A stretch of DNA of 58,365 nucleotides, taken from contig JBKPMS010000006.1 in NCBI GenBank assembly GCA_046732275.1, forward strand, positions 1-58,365, written 5' to 3'. The notes under the pieces are model-generated. The model did no database searches, had not been told where the DNA came from, and worked only from the letters and a program-made list of their open reading frames with translations. Source of the stretch: Actinomycetota bacterium. Lineage in GTDB: Bacteria > Actinomycetota > Thermoleophilia > Gaiellales > Gaiellaceae. Both the position numbers and the translations under genes were made by a program. This document shows, piece by piece, positions 36,914 through 45,223 of this stretch; the first letter of the stretch is position 1, and every line of letters starts with the position of its first letter.

Positions 36914-37077
36914 CTATCCCTCCTTCTTAGGCTTCGATCTGCGAGCCGGCACGGAAGACCTGTTCCGTTGGGCACAGACACGGGCTCGCAGTCACGCGCA
37001 TTACTCCCAACCGAGACTTGCGATCGAGTTGCGAGTTAGGCCCTGATTACGAGGAGGAATTGCGCGATCACGAAACA

Positions 37078-37105
37078 CACGAGGCGCCGCGAACGGCGCC
37101 TCGTG
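37078..37105 (-). terminator. Hairpin downstream of SBP copy B
   Basis: CACGAGGCGCC-gcgaac-GGCGCCTCGTG has the same 11-bp stem as 35205-35234. Confidence 0.55.
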
Positions 37106-37131
37106 CGTGTCGGATGCGGCCTGTGACCCGG

Positions 37132-38781
37132 CTAGCCCTTGGTCCAGTTCTCGGCGTTGAAGCTCGGGCCCTGGCTCGTCGGGTTGTCGACCATGCCCCT
37201 GATCGACGTCTTGAAGACGAGGTACGTCGGGCGCTGGAAGAGCGGGATCATCGGCACGTCGTTGCCGAAGATCGCGCCGGCTCTGTTGACGAGGGCGAGT
37301 CGCTTCGCAATGTTCAGCTCGCGGTCCGATCTGGCGAGCAGCTGCGTAGCCGTGCGGTTGCAGTACTCCGTGTAGTTCGTCGCACTTCCGCACGAGAAGT
37401 TGGCCACGACGTAATGCGGATCGACCGTGACGAGGAACGTGAACATCGCCAGGTCGAAGTCGTGCGCCGGCAGCTTGCTCCCGAACAGCGTGCCCGCAGG
37501 GACGAACCCGTTCTTCAGCTCGATTCCGGTCTTCTGCGCCTGATCCTGGAAGATCGTGAACGCAAGCGCACGCAACGCGTTACCCGTCGTCGAGGCGAAG
37601 TCGAACGACACCTTAGTGCCGCCACAGCGGTAGATGCCGTCGCCGCCCTTCGAGCAGTTGTGCGCCCGCATCATGTTCGCGACCTTGGTCGGGTTGTAGT
37701 TCCACTTGCTGAAGTGCTTCGGGTTGTAGGTCTTCTCGTTCGTGAGTCGCGTGAGGCTGTTCAGCACGCCGACGCTCGGATTGAGCGTCCCGTACAGGGC
37801 CTTGGCGGCGGCGCCCCGGTTGAGCGACGTGATCAAGGCCTGGCGGAGCCACTTCTGCTTCGCCAGCGGGTTCCCCTTCGCACCCTGCTGGATCTCGATG
37901 TGCTCCCAGGAGAGGCTGAGGTGCGTGATCACCCGGAGACCGGACTGGTTGCGGAGATCCGCGAGTGCCAGCTGCGGCTGCGGGTAGATCGCGTCGACCT
38001 CGCCGGAGCGGATCGCCTGGATCTCGGAGTTCGTGTTCGTGATGAAGCGGAACACGATCGAGTCCAGCTTCGCCCGCTTGCCGTACCAGCCACGCGGATT
38101 ACGCGACAGGGTCACACCCGAGCCGCGGTCGAAGCGGGTGAGGAGGAACGGCCCGTTCCCGATCGGGGCGTTGCCCTTCTTCGGGTTGCAGATGCAGTCG
38201 TTCCAGACCGTCAGCATGTCCGTGCCCTGCAACGCGTGCTGCGGGAGGACGTAGTTGAAGAGACCGCGCCAAGCAGCGAAGTTCCGCTTGAACGTCACCT
38301 TCACGACCTTGCCGTTGCCGGTGACGCTGCGGATGTCCTCCCATCCGAGCGGGTCGATGTGATCCTTGTACTTGGCGTTCGTGGCTGTTTGCCAGGTGAA
38401 CCGCCAGTCCTTGCCGGACACGGGAACGCCGTCGCTCCATTTGGCGTTCTTGCGGATGTAGTAGGTCACCCGCATCGGCCGGGTCTGCAGCTTGAACTTG
38501 CTGATCAGATCCGGCTTGTACGTGAACTTGGGCGTGAACAGAAAGGCGCCGCGGATCACCGGCGTCTGGAACATGACGTTCCAGAACGCCGCGCAGTCCA
38601 CGTCCAGGATCAGGTTGAGACACCAGTCCGGACCGCCGCCCTGCTCAGCCCCGAAGACCAGAGTGCCGGCCTTCTTGGCCGAGGCACTGTCTGATCCGCC
38701 AACCCTTGCCGAGCCGGTAGCGGCAAGCGCAAGTGCTGCGAGTACCGCTCCGGCCAGAAGCCAGAGGCTGCGTCGATGCAT
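37132..38781 (-). CDS. ABC transporter substrate-binding protein, family 5, copy B
   Basis: 549 aa, collinear with copy A without gaps. Identity is roughly 85-90% by eye (not computed). Confidence 0.9.
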   Translation of the reverse strand: MHRRSLWLLAGAVLAALALAATGSARVGGSDSASAKKAGTLVFGAEQGGGPDWCLNLILDVDCAAFWNVMFQTPVIRGAFLFTPKFTYKPDLISKFKLQTRPMRVTYYIRKNAKWSDGVPVSGKDWRFTWQTATNAKYKDHIDPLGWEDIRSVTGNGKVVKVTFKRNFAAWRGLFNYVLPQHALQGTDMLTVWNDCICNPKKGNAPIGNGPFLLTRFDRGSGVTLSRNPRGWYGKRAKLDSIVFRFITNTNSEIQAIRSGEVDAIYPQPQLALADLRNQSGLRVITHLSLSWEHIEIQQGAKGNPLAKQKWLRQALITSLNRGAAAKALYGTLNPSVGVLNSLTRLTNEKTYNPKHFSKWNYNPTKVANMMRAHNCSKGGDGIYRCGGTKVSFDFASTTGNALRALAFTIFQDQAQKTGIELKNGFVPAGTLFGSKLPAHDFDLAMFTFLVTVDPHYVVANFSCGSATNYTEYCNRTATQLLARSDRELNIAKRLALVNRAGAIFGNDVPMIPLFQRPTYLVFKTSIRGMVDNPTSQGPSFNAENWTKG

Positions 38782-38972
38782 CGACTCCCTCCTTCTCAGG
38801 CGCGAACTGCGAGCCCGGAAACCAACGTGCAGTTGCGACCTACCCCGACTCGCAGTCGAGCGCGATTACGCGAACCGAGACTTCCGATCGCACGGACGGG
38901 TTAGGCCGGGATTGCGAGAACGAATCGCACGATCACAAGTCGGAACGCCGTGTTGCTCGAGGGCGAAGTGCG

Positions 38973-39950
38973 CTACGCCGTCTTGCGGGTCGGCAGTCGT
39001 GCCTGGCGTCGTTCCTGAACGACGCGGTCGCGCCAGAGTCGCTCTGCGATGCGCCGCGTCGTCGCGACGAACGTGTCCGCGTCGTCGGACAACTCGCGTG
39101 TCCACGCTAGCGCGATGAGTCGAGGCGGCAGGGGCGACTCGAAGCGCACGATCCTGAGGTCGCCGGCGAGCAACTCCGCCGCGAGGCGAGGGATGAGAGC
39201 AGCGCCGAAGCCGGCAGCAAGGAAGCCCTGGACGACCGTGTTGTCGTCGGAGCGGACGACGAATTGCGGGTCGACGCCGTTCGCCCGCAGGTGCGCGATC
39301 ACGCGCTGTGTGCTCCCGGACGTCTTGAAGGCGATCAGCTTCAGCCCGCGCAGCTCGTCGACCCTAATCACAGTTCGGCGAAGCGTGCGAGGCGCGTTCG
39401 CGGGCACCACGAGCACGTATTCGTCCCTCGCGAGCGTCTCGAGCTCGAGATCCCGCTCGAAGCGCATCGGCAGGTCGACGAAAGCGAGCTCGAGCTCGCC
39501 GTGATCGAGCGCAGTGACGAGCTTCTCGTCTCCGGGGGCGTCCGTCAGGACGACACGGACGTCGGGAGCGCTCCGCGCGAGCTCCCGCAAGACATGCGGG
39601 ACGAGCTGGGCTGCGACTGTCTGGTACGTCCCGACCCGCAACGGGCCGTCGTTGGACAGGCCGCAGAGCTCCGCTTCGGCGACCGCCAGGCTCGCCTGGA
39701 TGGCGCGCGCGTGGACGAGCAGACGCTCGCCCGCCTCGGTCAGCGTCAACGGCTGTGAGACGCGCGGCCGATTGACGAGCTTCTGGCCGACGCGGCGCTC
39801 GAGGGCGGCGAGTTGCTGGCTCACGGCCGGCTGTGAGTACCCGAGACGACGCGCTGCACCGTGGAACGACGCTTCCTCGGCCAGAGCCTTCAGCGCCGCG
39901 AGGTGGCGAACCTCGATTCCTTGCCAGGCGCTGCGTCCGTCTTCGGTCAC
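38973..39950 (-). CDS. LysR-family transcriptional regulator
   Basis: 325 aa. The HTH is IEVRHLAALKALAEEASFHGAARRLGYSQPAVSQQLAALERRVG, followed by a substrate-binding domain. Confidence 0.9.
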   Translation of the reverse strand: MTEDGRSAWQGIEVRHLAALKALAEEASFHGAARRLGYSQPAVSQQLAALERRVGQKLVNRPRVSQPLTLTEAGERLLVHARAIQASLAVAEAELCGLSNDGPLRVGTYQTVAAQLVPHVLRELARSAPDVRVVLTDAPGDEKLVTALDHGELELAFVDLPMRFERDLELETLARDEYVLVVPANAPRTLRRTVIRVDELRGLKLIAFKTSGSTQRVIAHLRANGVDPQFVVRSDDNTVVQGFLAAGFGAALIPRLAAELLAGDLRIVRFESPLPPRLIALAWTRELSDDADTFVATTRRIAERLWRDRVVQERRQARLPTRKTA

Positions 39951-40276
39951 TCGGGAGTCCTTCCGGGATTCGCGAGTCGCGCCGACGACGTCTGGACGCC
40001 GATCGGTGGTGCGACCCGCGCCGCTGAGCGGTGAGGGGGTCGAGTCGCGGATACCTCTCGATTTCTCGGTGTCGCCTAGGGCGGACCGCGTCCGTGCGGC
40101 TGAGTCTGCTCCACCCTGGCTGAGCCGGCCGAGGCCGACGAGGGTGTCCGCCGCCGCAATGCCCCTTGCATGTGTAAACGCTGTGACGATGAACTCGGCT
40201 GCGTTGTTAGCCGATTCGATATTTCATTCGATGCGCTTCTCGGCGAAGCTTCGGAGAGGGCGGTCCGGCGGCCGGC

Positions 40277-41278
40277 CTATTGCACTGCCGGAACCGCGAG
40301 CTGCGTCCAGACCGTGCCGTCCTCGACCGGCGCCGGGCACCGAGGCTCCCGCGTCGAGATGCTCGCCACGACGCAGACGTCGGAGAACGCGCGCCCGACG
40401 ACGACCGAAACATGGCGGTCGAAGACACCGTCGGCATCCGGCGCGAGTGACCATTCCGCCAGGTTGCGCGGCGGCTGCCCCGCCGCAAGACCGAAGATTC
40501 GCAGCGTCATCGACCGTGCCGGGCGCTGCGGCAGGTTGCGCGCCTTCAGCCTGACGAGCAGTCGCGGCGCTTTGACGAACGTCTCCCAGAGCGCCGAGAG
40601 CTGCGGGCGCTCCTGGGGCCGGGAGACGTGCACGCGGACGCAACCCGTCGTGTTACCGCGCGCGTAGCACGGCTTCGGCTCGTCCCCGATCCAGGCGCGT
40701 GCGCCGACGTCGTCGAAGTCGCCCGGCGGCAGCTTGAGGTCCACGGTCTGGCGCACGTCTCCGCTCGAGTCGGGACCGAGCGAAGCGCCGTAGAGCGGCA
40801 TGCCCGGCGTCCAGGTGCGAAGCCCATCCTCGTTCGGAACACGCAGCAGCTGCTCGACCTCGACGATGATGTGGTCCTTCGAGCCGAGACCGACTCCGCG
40901 GACCGCGATCGCCACGCTCGCGCCCTGCTTCGGAGTCACCGTGATGCTGGGCTGAGGCCGGTCGTCCCAGGTGCTGATGCCGGCGTACACGCTGAAGAGG
41001 AGGGACGCGCCGAGGGCGGCGAGCCCGGCATAGACGACGCGCCGTTCGGCATCCGAGCCCTCGGGCAGTCCGAAGGCCGCGAGTGCGCCGAAGAAGACGG
41101 CGACGGCGGCAGACCCGAACGCGCCGAAGCTCGCCCACGTGTGATTGCGTGCCATCCGGCCGACGAGATCGCCGGTGATGGCCAGCGCCGTGAGCACGGC
41201 ACCGAGTGCAGGCAGGGCCGCAAGCAGGAAGCGCGCCGCACCTTTGGCTTCCTTCCCGACGGGGAGGAACCTCGGCAT
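40277..41278 (-). CDS. Hypothetical membrane protein (about 3 TM plus an extracytoplasmic domain)
   Basis: 333 aa. The N-terminal hydrophobic segments are LLAALPALGAVLTALAI, FGAFGSAAVAVFFGALAAF and VYAGLAALGASLLFSVYAGI. A balanced, beta-rich-looking domain follows. I recognise no family. Confidence 0.55.
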   Translation of the reverse strand: MPRFLPVGKEAKGAARFLLAALPALGAVLTALAITGDLVGRMARNHTWASFGAFGSAAVAVFFGALAAFGLPEGSDAERRVVYAGLAALGASLLFSVYAGISTWDDRPQPSITVTPKQGASVAIAVRGVGLGSKDHIIVEVEQLLRVPNEDGLRTWTPGMPLYGASLGPDSSGDVRQTVDLKLPPGDFDDVGARAWIGDEPKPCYARGNTTGCVRVHVSRPQERPQLSALWETFVKAPRLLVRLKARNLPQRPARSMTLRIFGLAAGQPPRNLAEWSLAPDADGVFDRHVSVVVGRAFSDVCVVASISTREPRCPAPVEDGTVWTQLAVPAVQ

Positions 41279-41339
41279 GGGGCGAAGCTACTGCGGTTTC
41301 GTTACGAAACGGTCAAGCGGGCGAAAGAAAATCCGCACG

Positions 41340-42821
41340 TCAGCGGAGATCGAGTGCTCCGAGCTCTAGCAGCTCACGTGTGAGTCGCAGGCTCTCGCGT
41401 CGCAGGCGCGTGGTGTCGTGCTGTCCGAGCCCGAGGTCTTCGGCCGTCTGTGCAATGACCTCGCCAAGAGGTGTTCGTGCGTCGAGAGCGGTGATCACCT
41501 CGAGCGCGGCGCTCGACGTCTCCAGCACGTGCTTCGTTCCCTCTGCGAGCTCGACGCGCGACTCGACGATGTCGCTGCCGCCGTCGTCGGGCTCGAGCTC
41601 CAGCTCCAGGCGCAGAGAGACGGCCGGTGAGAGACGTGCCTCCAGAAGTGCGTCACGGGCGAGGGCGCGCAGCCGCTTCCGTGCCTCGAAGGCGCGGACG
41701 ACCTGCTCGCTCGCCTCCTCGACGTCGTCGGCCTCGACGGTGTCGACGCGGACGGCAGCCTCGTCCACGTCGTCCCGGCGCAGGATGACGACGCCCTCGC
41801 TCACCCAGTGCATTCCCAGCTCGTCGAAGTAGGCGCCCCATTCCCCGAGCGCTTCCTCGAGCGCTTCCGGATCGTGCACAAGGTGCGCGTTCCACTCGGC
41901 CGCGTGGTCGAGTGCGTTCATTCCCAGGGTGGGGAGAATCCAGCTCTCGCATCCGGTTGCCTCGACCCACGCGAGCACGCGCTCGTCCGCCGTCTGCTCG
42001 TCGTGTGCAAGCCAGCTCACCTGCACGGCCGCGAAGCCGCCGGGCGCGAGATGCGCTGCCGACTCTTCCACCACGCGTTCCGAGACTTCGTCCGCGCGGA
42101 AACCGCTGTCGCGGTACGCCCAGCGCCGCTCCGGAGATACGACGTACGGCGCGTTGCACGTGACGTGGTCGAAGGTCTCGCCGGTGACGGGCTCGAAGAG
42201 GCTGCCCTTGCGGCACTCGACGTTCGTCAGGCCGCTCAGGGCCGCGTTGAGCTCCGTGTAGGCGAGGGCTCGGTCGTTCACGTCGGTTGCCACGACGCGG
42301 CGCGCATGATGCGCCGCGAGCAGAGCGTGGATGCCGCTGCCGGTCCCGACATCGAGCGCACGCTCGACCCGTCGACGCGGCGTCAGCGAGTCGAGCACGC
42401 GCGCCGTCGGCGTGTACGTCGCAACGTAGTCCGGCGGATCCTCCGACTCGAGCGAGAAGCCGTCGGAAGCGAGCAGCAGCTTGCCGATCGGCAGGATGCG
42501 GCTGCGCGCGGCAACCTCGTTGCCGACCTCGGCCAATCCGGTCGCCTCGAGCGCCTCGAGACCACGTGGGCCGAGCGCGCGGACGGCGTCGCGCTGCGGA
42601 ACCGCAAGCTGCAGGAAGAACATCCGCACGGCCGCCCCGAGCGGTGTGCCCGGCAGCCGACGCGCTGCGATCGGCGCGTCGTCCCGCTCAGTCGAGTAAG
42701 CGTCGTCCCCGAGCAGGCGATAGACGCCGTCTTCGGTGTAGCCGAGACCGCGGAGCACGCGACCGAGAGCCGTCGCGGCGGATTGGTCCGGCACCGGGTG
42801 GCGAGTCACAGCCTCGACCAT
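41340..42821 (-). CDS. Three-domain SAM-dependent methyltransferase (MTS/PrmC-like core with an NAPY motif)
   Basis: The ATG at 42821 lies 1 nt after the trpA stop. Motif I is ALDVGTGSGIHALLAA and motif IV is VTCNAPYV. Unknown domains of about 150 aa flank the core on each side. Confidence 0.75.
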   Translation of the reverse strand: MVEAVTRHPVPDQSAATALGRVLRGLGYTEDGVYRLLGDDAYSTERDDAPIAARRLPGTPLGAAVRMFFLQLAVPQRDAVRALGPRGLEALEATGLAEVGNEVAARSRILPIGKLLLASDGFSLESEDPPDYVATYTPTARVLDSLTPRRRVERALDVGTGSGIHALLAAHHARRVVATDVNDRALAYTELNAALSGLTNVECRKGSLFEPVTGETFDHVTCNAPYVVSPERRWAYRDSGFRADEVSERVVEESAAHLAPGGFAAVQVSWLAHDEQTADERVLAWVEATGCESWILPTLGMNALDHAAEWNAHLVHDPEALEEALGEWGAYFDELGMHWVSEGVVILRRDDVDEAAVRVDTVEADDVEEASEQVVRAFEARKRLRALARDALLEARLSPAVSLRLELELEPDDGGSDIVESRVELAEGTKHVLETSSAALEVITALDARTPLGEVIAQTAEDLGLGQHDTTRLRRESLRLTRELLELGALDLR

Positions 42822-42822
42822 C

Positions 42823-43533
42823 TCAGGCGGGCACGACGGCGTCGACGGCTTGCCGCAGGGATTGGACATAGTCGCGCAGGGCGTCGGGGCCGTCGTCCGC
42901 GACCTCCACCGCGCGTGAGCCGACGACGATCCCGTCCGCGAGCTCGGCGGCGCCGCGCGCGTCGTCCGGCGTGGAGATGCCGAACCCTGCGTAGAGCGGG
43001 ACCGTCGTGAGCGCACGCGTCCGTTGCACCAACCGGGCGAGGGCCGGAGAGAGGCCTTCGCGGGAGCCGGTTGTGCCGGTGAGCGTCACGAGGTACAACC
43101 AGCCGTCGGTCTGCTCCCCCGCGAGCGCAATGCGGGCATCGGTCGACGTCGGCGCGACGAGCTGGACGCGGCGGAGCGCCGCGCGTTCGCCCGCGGGAAG
43201 GTCCGCGACGATCAAGGACGAGGCGCCGGCCGTCCGCGCGTCGGCTTCGAACCGTTCCCAGCCGTAGGCCTCGAGCAGCGCGGAATACGTCATCGGCACG
43301 AGCGGGGTGTGTGGCAGGAGCGCATAGGTGCGGCGAAGACAGTCGAGACAGGCCGTCGTGCGCATGCCCTCCGCCAGCGCACGCTCGGCCGCGCGACGGA
43401 TCACAGGACCATCGGCGAGCGGATCGGAGAACGGGAAGCCGAGCTCGACGATGTCCGCGCCGCCGTCGACCGCGGCGGCCGCGAGCTCCGGCGTTTTCCG
43501 TCCAGACATCAGATAGATGACCAGCGTCTTCAT
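42823..43533 (-). CDS. trpA: Tryptophan synthase alpha chain
   Basis: 236 aa. VELGFPFSDPLADGPVIRRA and GFGISTPDD motifs are present. Confidence 0.9.
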   Translation of the reverse strand: MKTLVIYLMSGRKTPELAAAAVDGGADIVELGFPFSDPLADGPVIRRAAERALAEGMRTTACLDCLRRTYALLPHTPLVPMTYSALLEAYGWERFEADARTAGASSLIVADLPAGERAALRRVQLVAPTSTDARIALAGEQTDGWLYLVTLTGTTGSREGLSPALARLVQRTRALTTVPLYAGFGISTPDDARGAAELADGIVVGSRAVEVADDGPDALRDYVQSLRQAVDAVVPA

Positions 43534-44105
43534 GCAACATCGGCCGTGACGAGCGCGAAGAGCGTCGCATCTACACGGGCGCCGCCATGACGCAGCAGGC
43601 GCCGCTTCACGCCCTCGCGCTCGAAGCCGAGACGCGCCAGCACGCGCTCCGACGCGAGGTTCCCAACGCGTACATGCGCTTCGACGCGGACGATGCCGTT
43701 TTCGAAAGCGTGATCGACCAACGCGCGGACCGATCGGGTGGCGATGCCCTTTCCACGTGCGTCGACGAAGAGCCAGTAGCCGACCTCGACGACGTCGCGG
43801 AGCGGATCGAACCGGCTGAGGTTTGCTCCACCGAGAATTTGCCCGGTGTCGGTGTCCTCGATGACGTAGGGCGCGAGGATGCCACGGTCCCTCAAGATCG
43901 GTAGCTGCTCGTGTAGCAACATGCGGAGCGCATCGGCCCCGACCGGCGGCAAGCCGGCTTCACCGCCGACCTGCGGATCGCGAAAGGCGGGCGCCACCGT
44001 GTCGACGTCGGCGTCGGTCGGCGCCCGCAGCAGGAGCTCTTTCGCGCTCACGGTGTCGGGGAAGCGGTACGTCGACATCTGCGCGGTCGCGAGATCGGAT
44101 CTCAC
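43530..44105 (-). CDS. GNAT-family N-acetyltransferase (RimJ/RimL-like) embedded in the trp operon
   Basis: The C-terminal part of track ORF 43530-44546 reads ...[62 protein letters not shown] at 44105 overlaps the trpB stop (GTGA), with an alternative ATG at 44078. Its stop overlaps the trpA ATG (ATGA). Confidence 0.8.
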   Translation of the reverse strand: MRSDLATAQMSTYRFPDTVSAKELLLRAPTDADVDTVAPAFRDPQVGGEAGLPPVGADALRMLLHEQLPILRDRGILAPYVIEDTDTGQILGGANLSRFDPLRDVVEVGYWLFVDARGKGIATRSVRALVDHAFENGIVRVEAHVRVGNLASERVLARLGFEREGVKRRLLRHGGARVDATLFALVTADVA

Positions 44106-45223
44106 TGTGCAAGCACCTCCTCGAGATCCTTGTCGCCGCGACCGGAGAGGCAGACGAGCACAAGCTCCTCCTCGAACTCGCGCGCCCGTGCGAGCGCATG
44201 CGCCGGCTCGAGCGCCGGAATGATCCCTTCGAGGCGCGTCAGGTCGCGAAAGGCCGCGAGCGCGTCGTCGTCGTTGGCCCGCACGTAGTCGGCGCGGCCC
44301 GTATCGCGGAGCCACGCGTGCTCGGGGCCGACGCCGGGATAGTCGAGCCCGGCGGAGATCGAGTGCGCGTCGGCGATCTGCCCATCTTCGTCGGCAAGGA
44401 CCGAGGAGCGCGCTCCGTGCAGGACCGCCGGCCGCCCCGCGACGAGCGACGCGGCGTCGGCGGCCTCGACGCCGACGAGACGCACGTCGAGATCGTCGAT
44501 GAACGCCGTGAAGATGCCGATCGCATTGGAGCCACCGCCGACGCACGCGACGACCACCTCAGGGAGCCGACCCTCGGTGTCGAGCAGTTGGTCGTGGGCC
44601 TCGCGGCCGATGACGGCTTGCAGGTCGCGGACGATCTCTGGGTAGGGGGCGGGCCCGACGCAGGAGCCGATCAGGTAGTGCGTCGTCTCGACGTTCGTGA
44701 TCCAGTCGCGGATTGCCTCGCTCGTCGCTTCTTTGAGCGTCCGGGCCCCGAAGTCGACGGGCCGGACCTCCGCACCGAGCAGCGCCATGCGTTCGACGTT
44801 CGGGCGCTGCCGGCGCATGTCCTCGGCGCCCATGTACACGACGCAGTCGAAGCCGAAGCGGGCGCAGACGGTGGCGGTGGCGACGCCGTGCTGTCCCGCA
44901 CCGGTTTCCGCGACGATTCGCCGCTTGCCCAGCCGCCGGGCGAGGACCGCCTGTCCGATCGCGTTGTTGAGCTTGTGCGCGCCGGTGTGGAGTAGATCCT
45001 CGCGCTTGAGATACAGCCGCTTCCGGGGAGCAAACCGCTCTGCGCGCGTCAGCGGCGTCGGTCGCCCGGCGTACGTCCGGCCGAGCTCCTCCAGCTCGTC
45101 GCCGAAGCTCGGGTCTCCCCGCGCCGTCCGCCAGCCGGCCTCGAGCTCGTCCAGCGCCGGCACGAGCGTCTCCGGGACGTAGCGGCCCCCGTACGTGCCG
45201 AACAGGCCCATCGCGTCACTCAC
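44102..45223 (-). CDS. trpB: Tryptophan synthase beta chain
   Basis: 373 aa. [20 protein letters not shown] is the PLP-lysine motif, and GGGSNAIG is present. Confidence 0.95.
   Translation of the reverse strand: MSDAMGLFGTYGGRYVPETLVPALDELEAGWRTARGDPSFGDELEELGRTYAGRPTPLTRAERFAPRKRLYLKREDLLHTGAHKLNNAIGQAVLARRLGKRRIVAETGAGQHGVATATVCARFGFDCVVYMGAEDMRRQRPNVERMALLGAEVRPVDFGARTLKEATSEAIRDWITNVETTHYLIGSCVGPAPYPEIVRDLQAVIGREAHDQLLDTEGRLPEVVVACVGGGSNAIGIFTAFIDDLDVRLVGVEAADAASLVAGRPAVLHGARSSVLADEDGQIADAHSISAGLDYPGVGPEHAWLRDTGRADYVRANDDDALAAFRDLTRLEGIIPALEPAHALARAREFEEELVLVCLSGRGDKDLEEVLAQ

Larger units (their letters stand above)
35205..38945 (-). repeat. Tandem segmental duplication (2 units, period about 1.87 kb) covering terminator, SBP gene and about 165-nt leader
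   Basis: The gene starts and stops are offset by 1868 bp and the hairpins by 1873 bp. The upstream leaders share conserved blocks (see findings). Confidence 0.85.

Noticed and set aside
35264-38781. The tandem binding-protein duplication as an assembly artefact.
   Set aside because: The copies differ at roughly one residue in eight, and their leaders have diverged further. Collapsed or duplicated assembly errors give identical copies. Long reads would still be worthwhile.
40170-40667. 165-aa plus-strand ORF (MCKRCDDELGC...) starting in the low-GC patch.
   Set aside because: Most of it is antisense to the better-supported 333-aa membrane protein gene. The composition becomes Arg/Ser/Thr-rich and there is no RBS. 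I kept only the observation about the non-coding patch.
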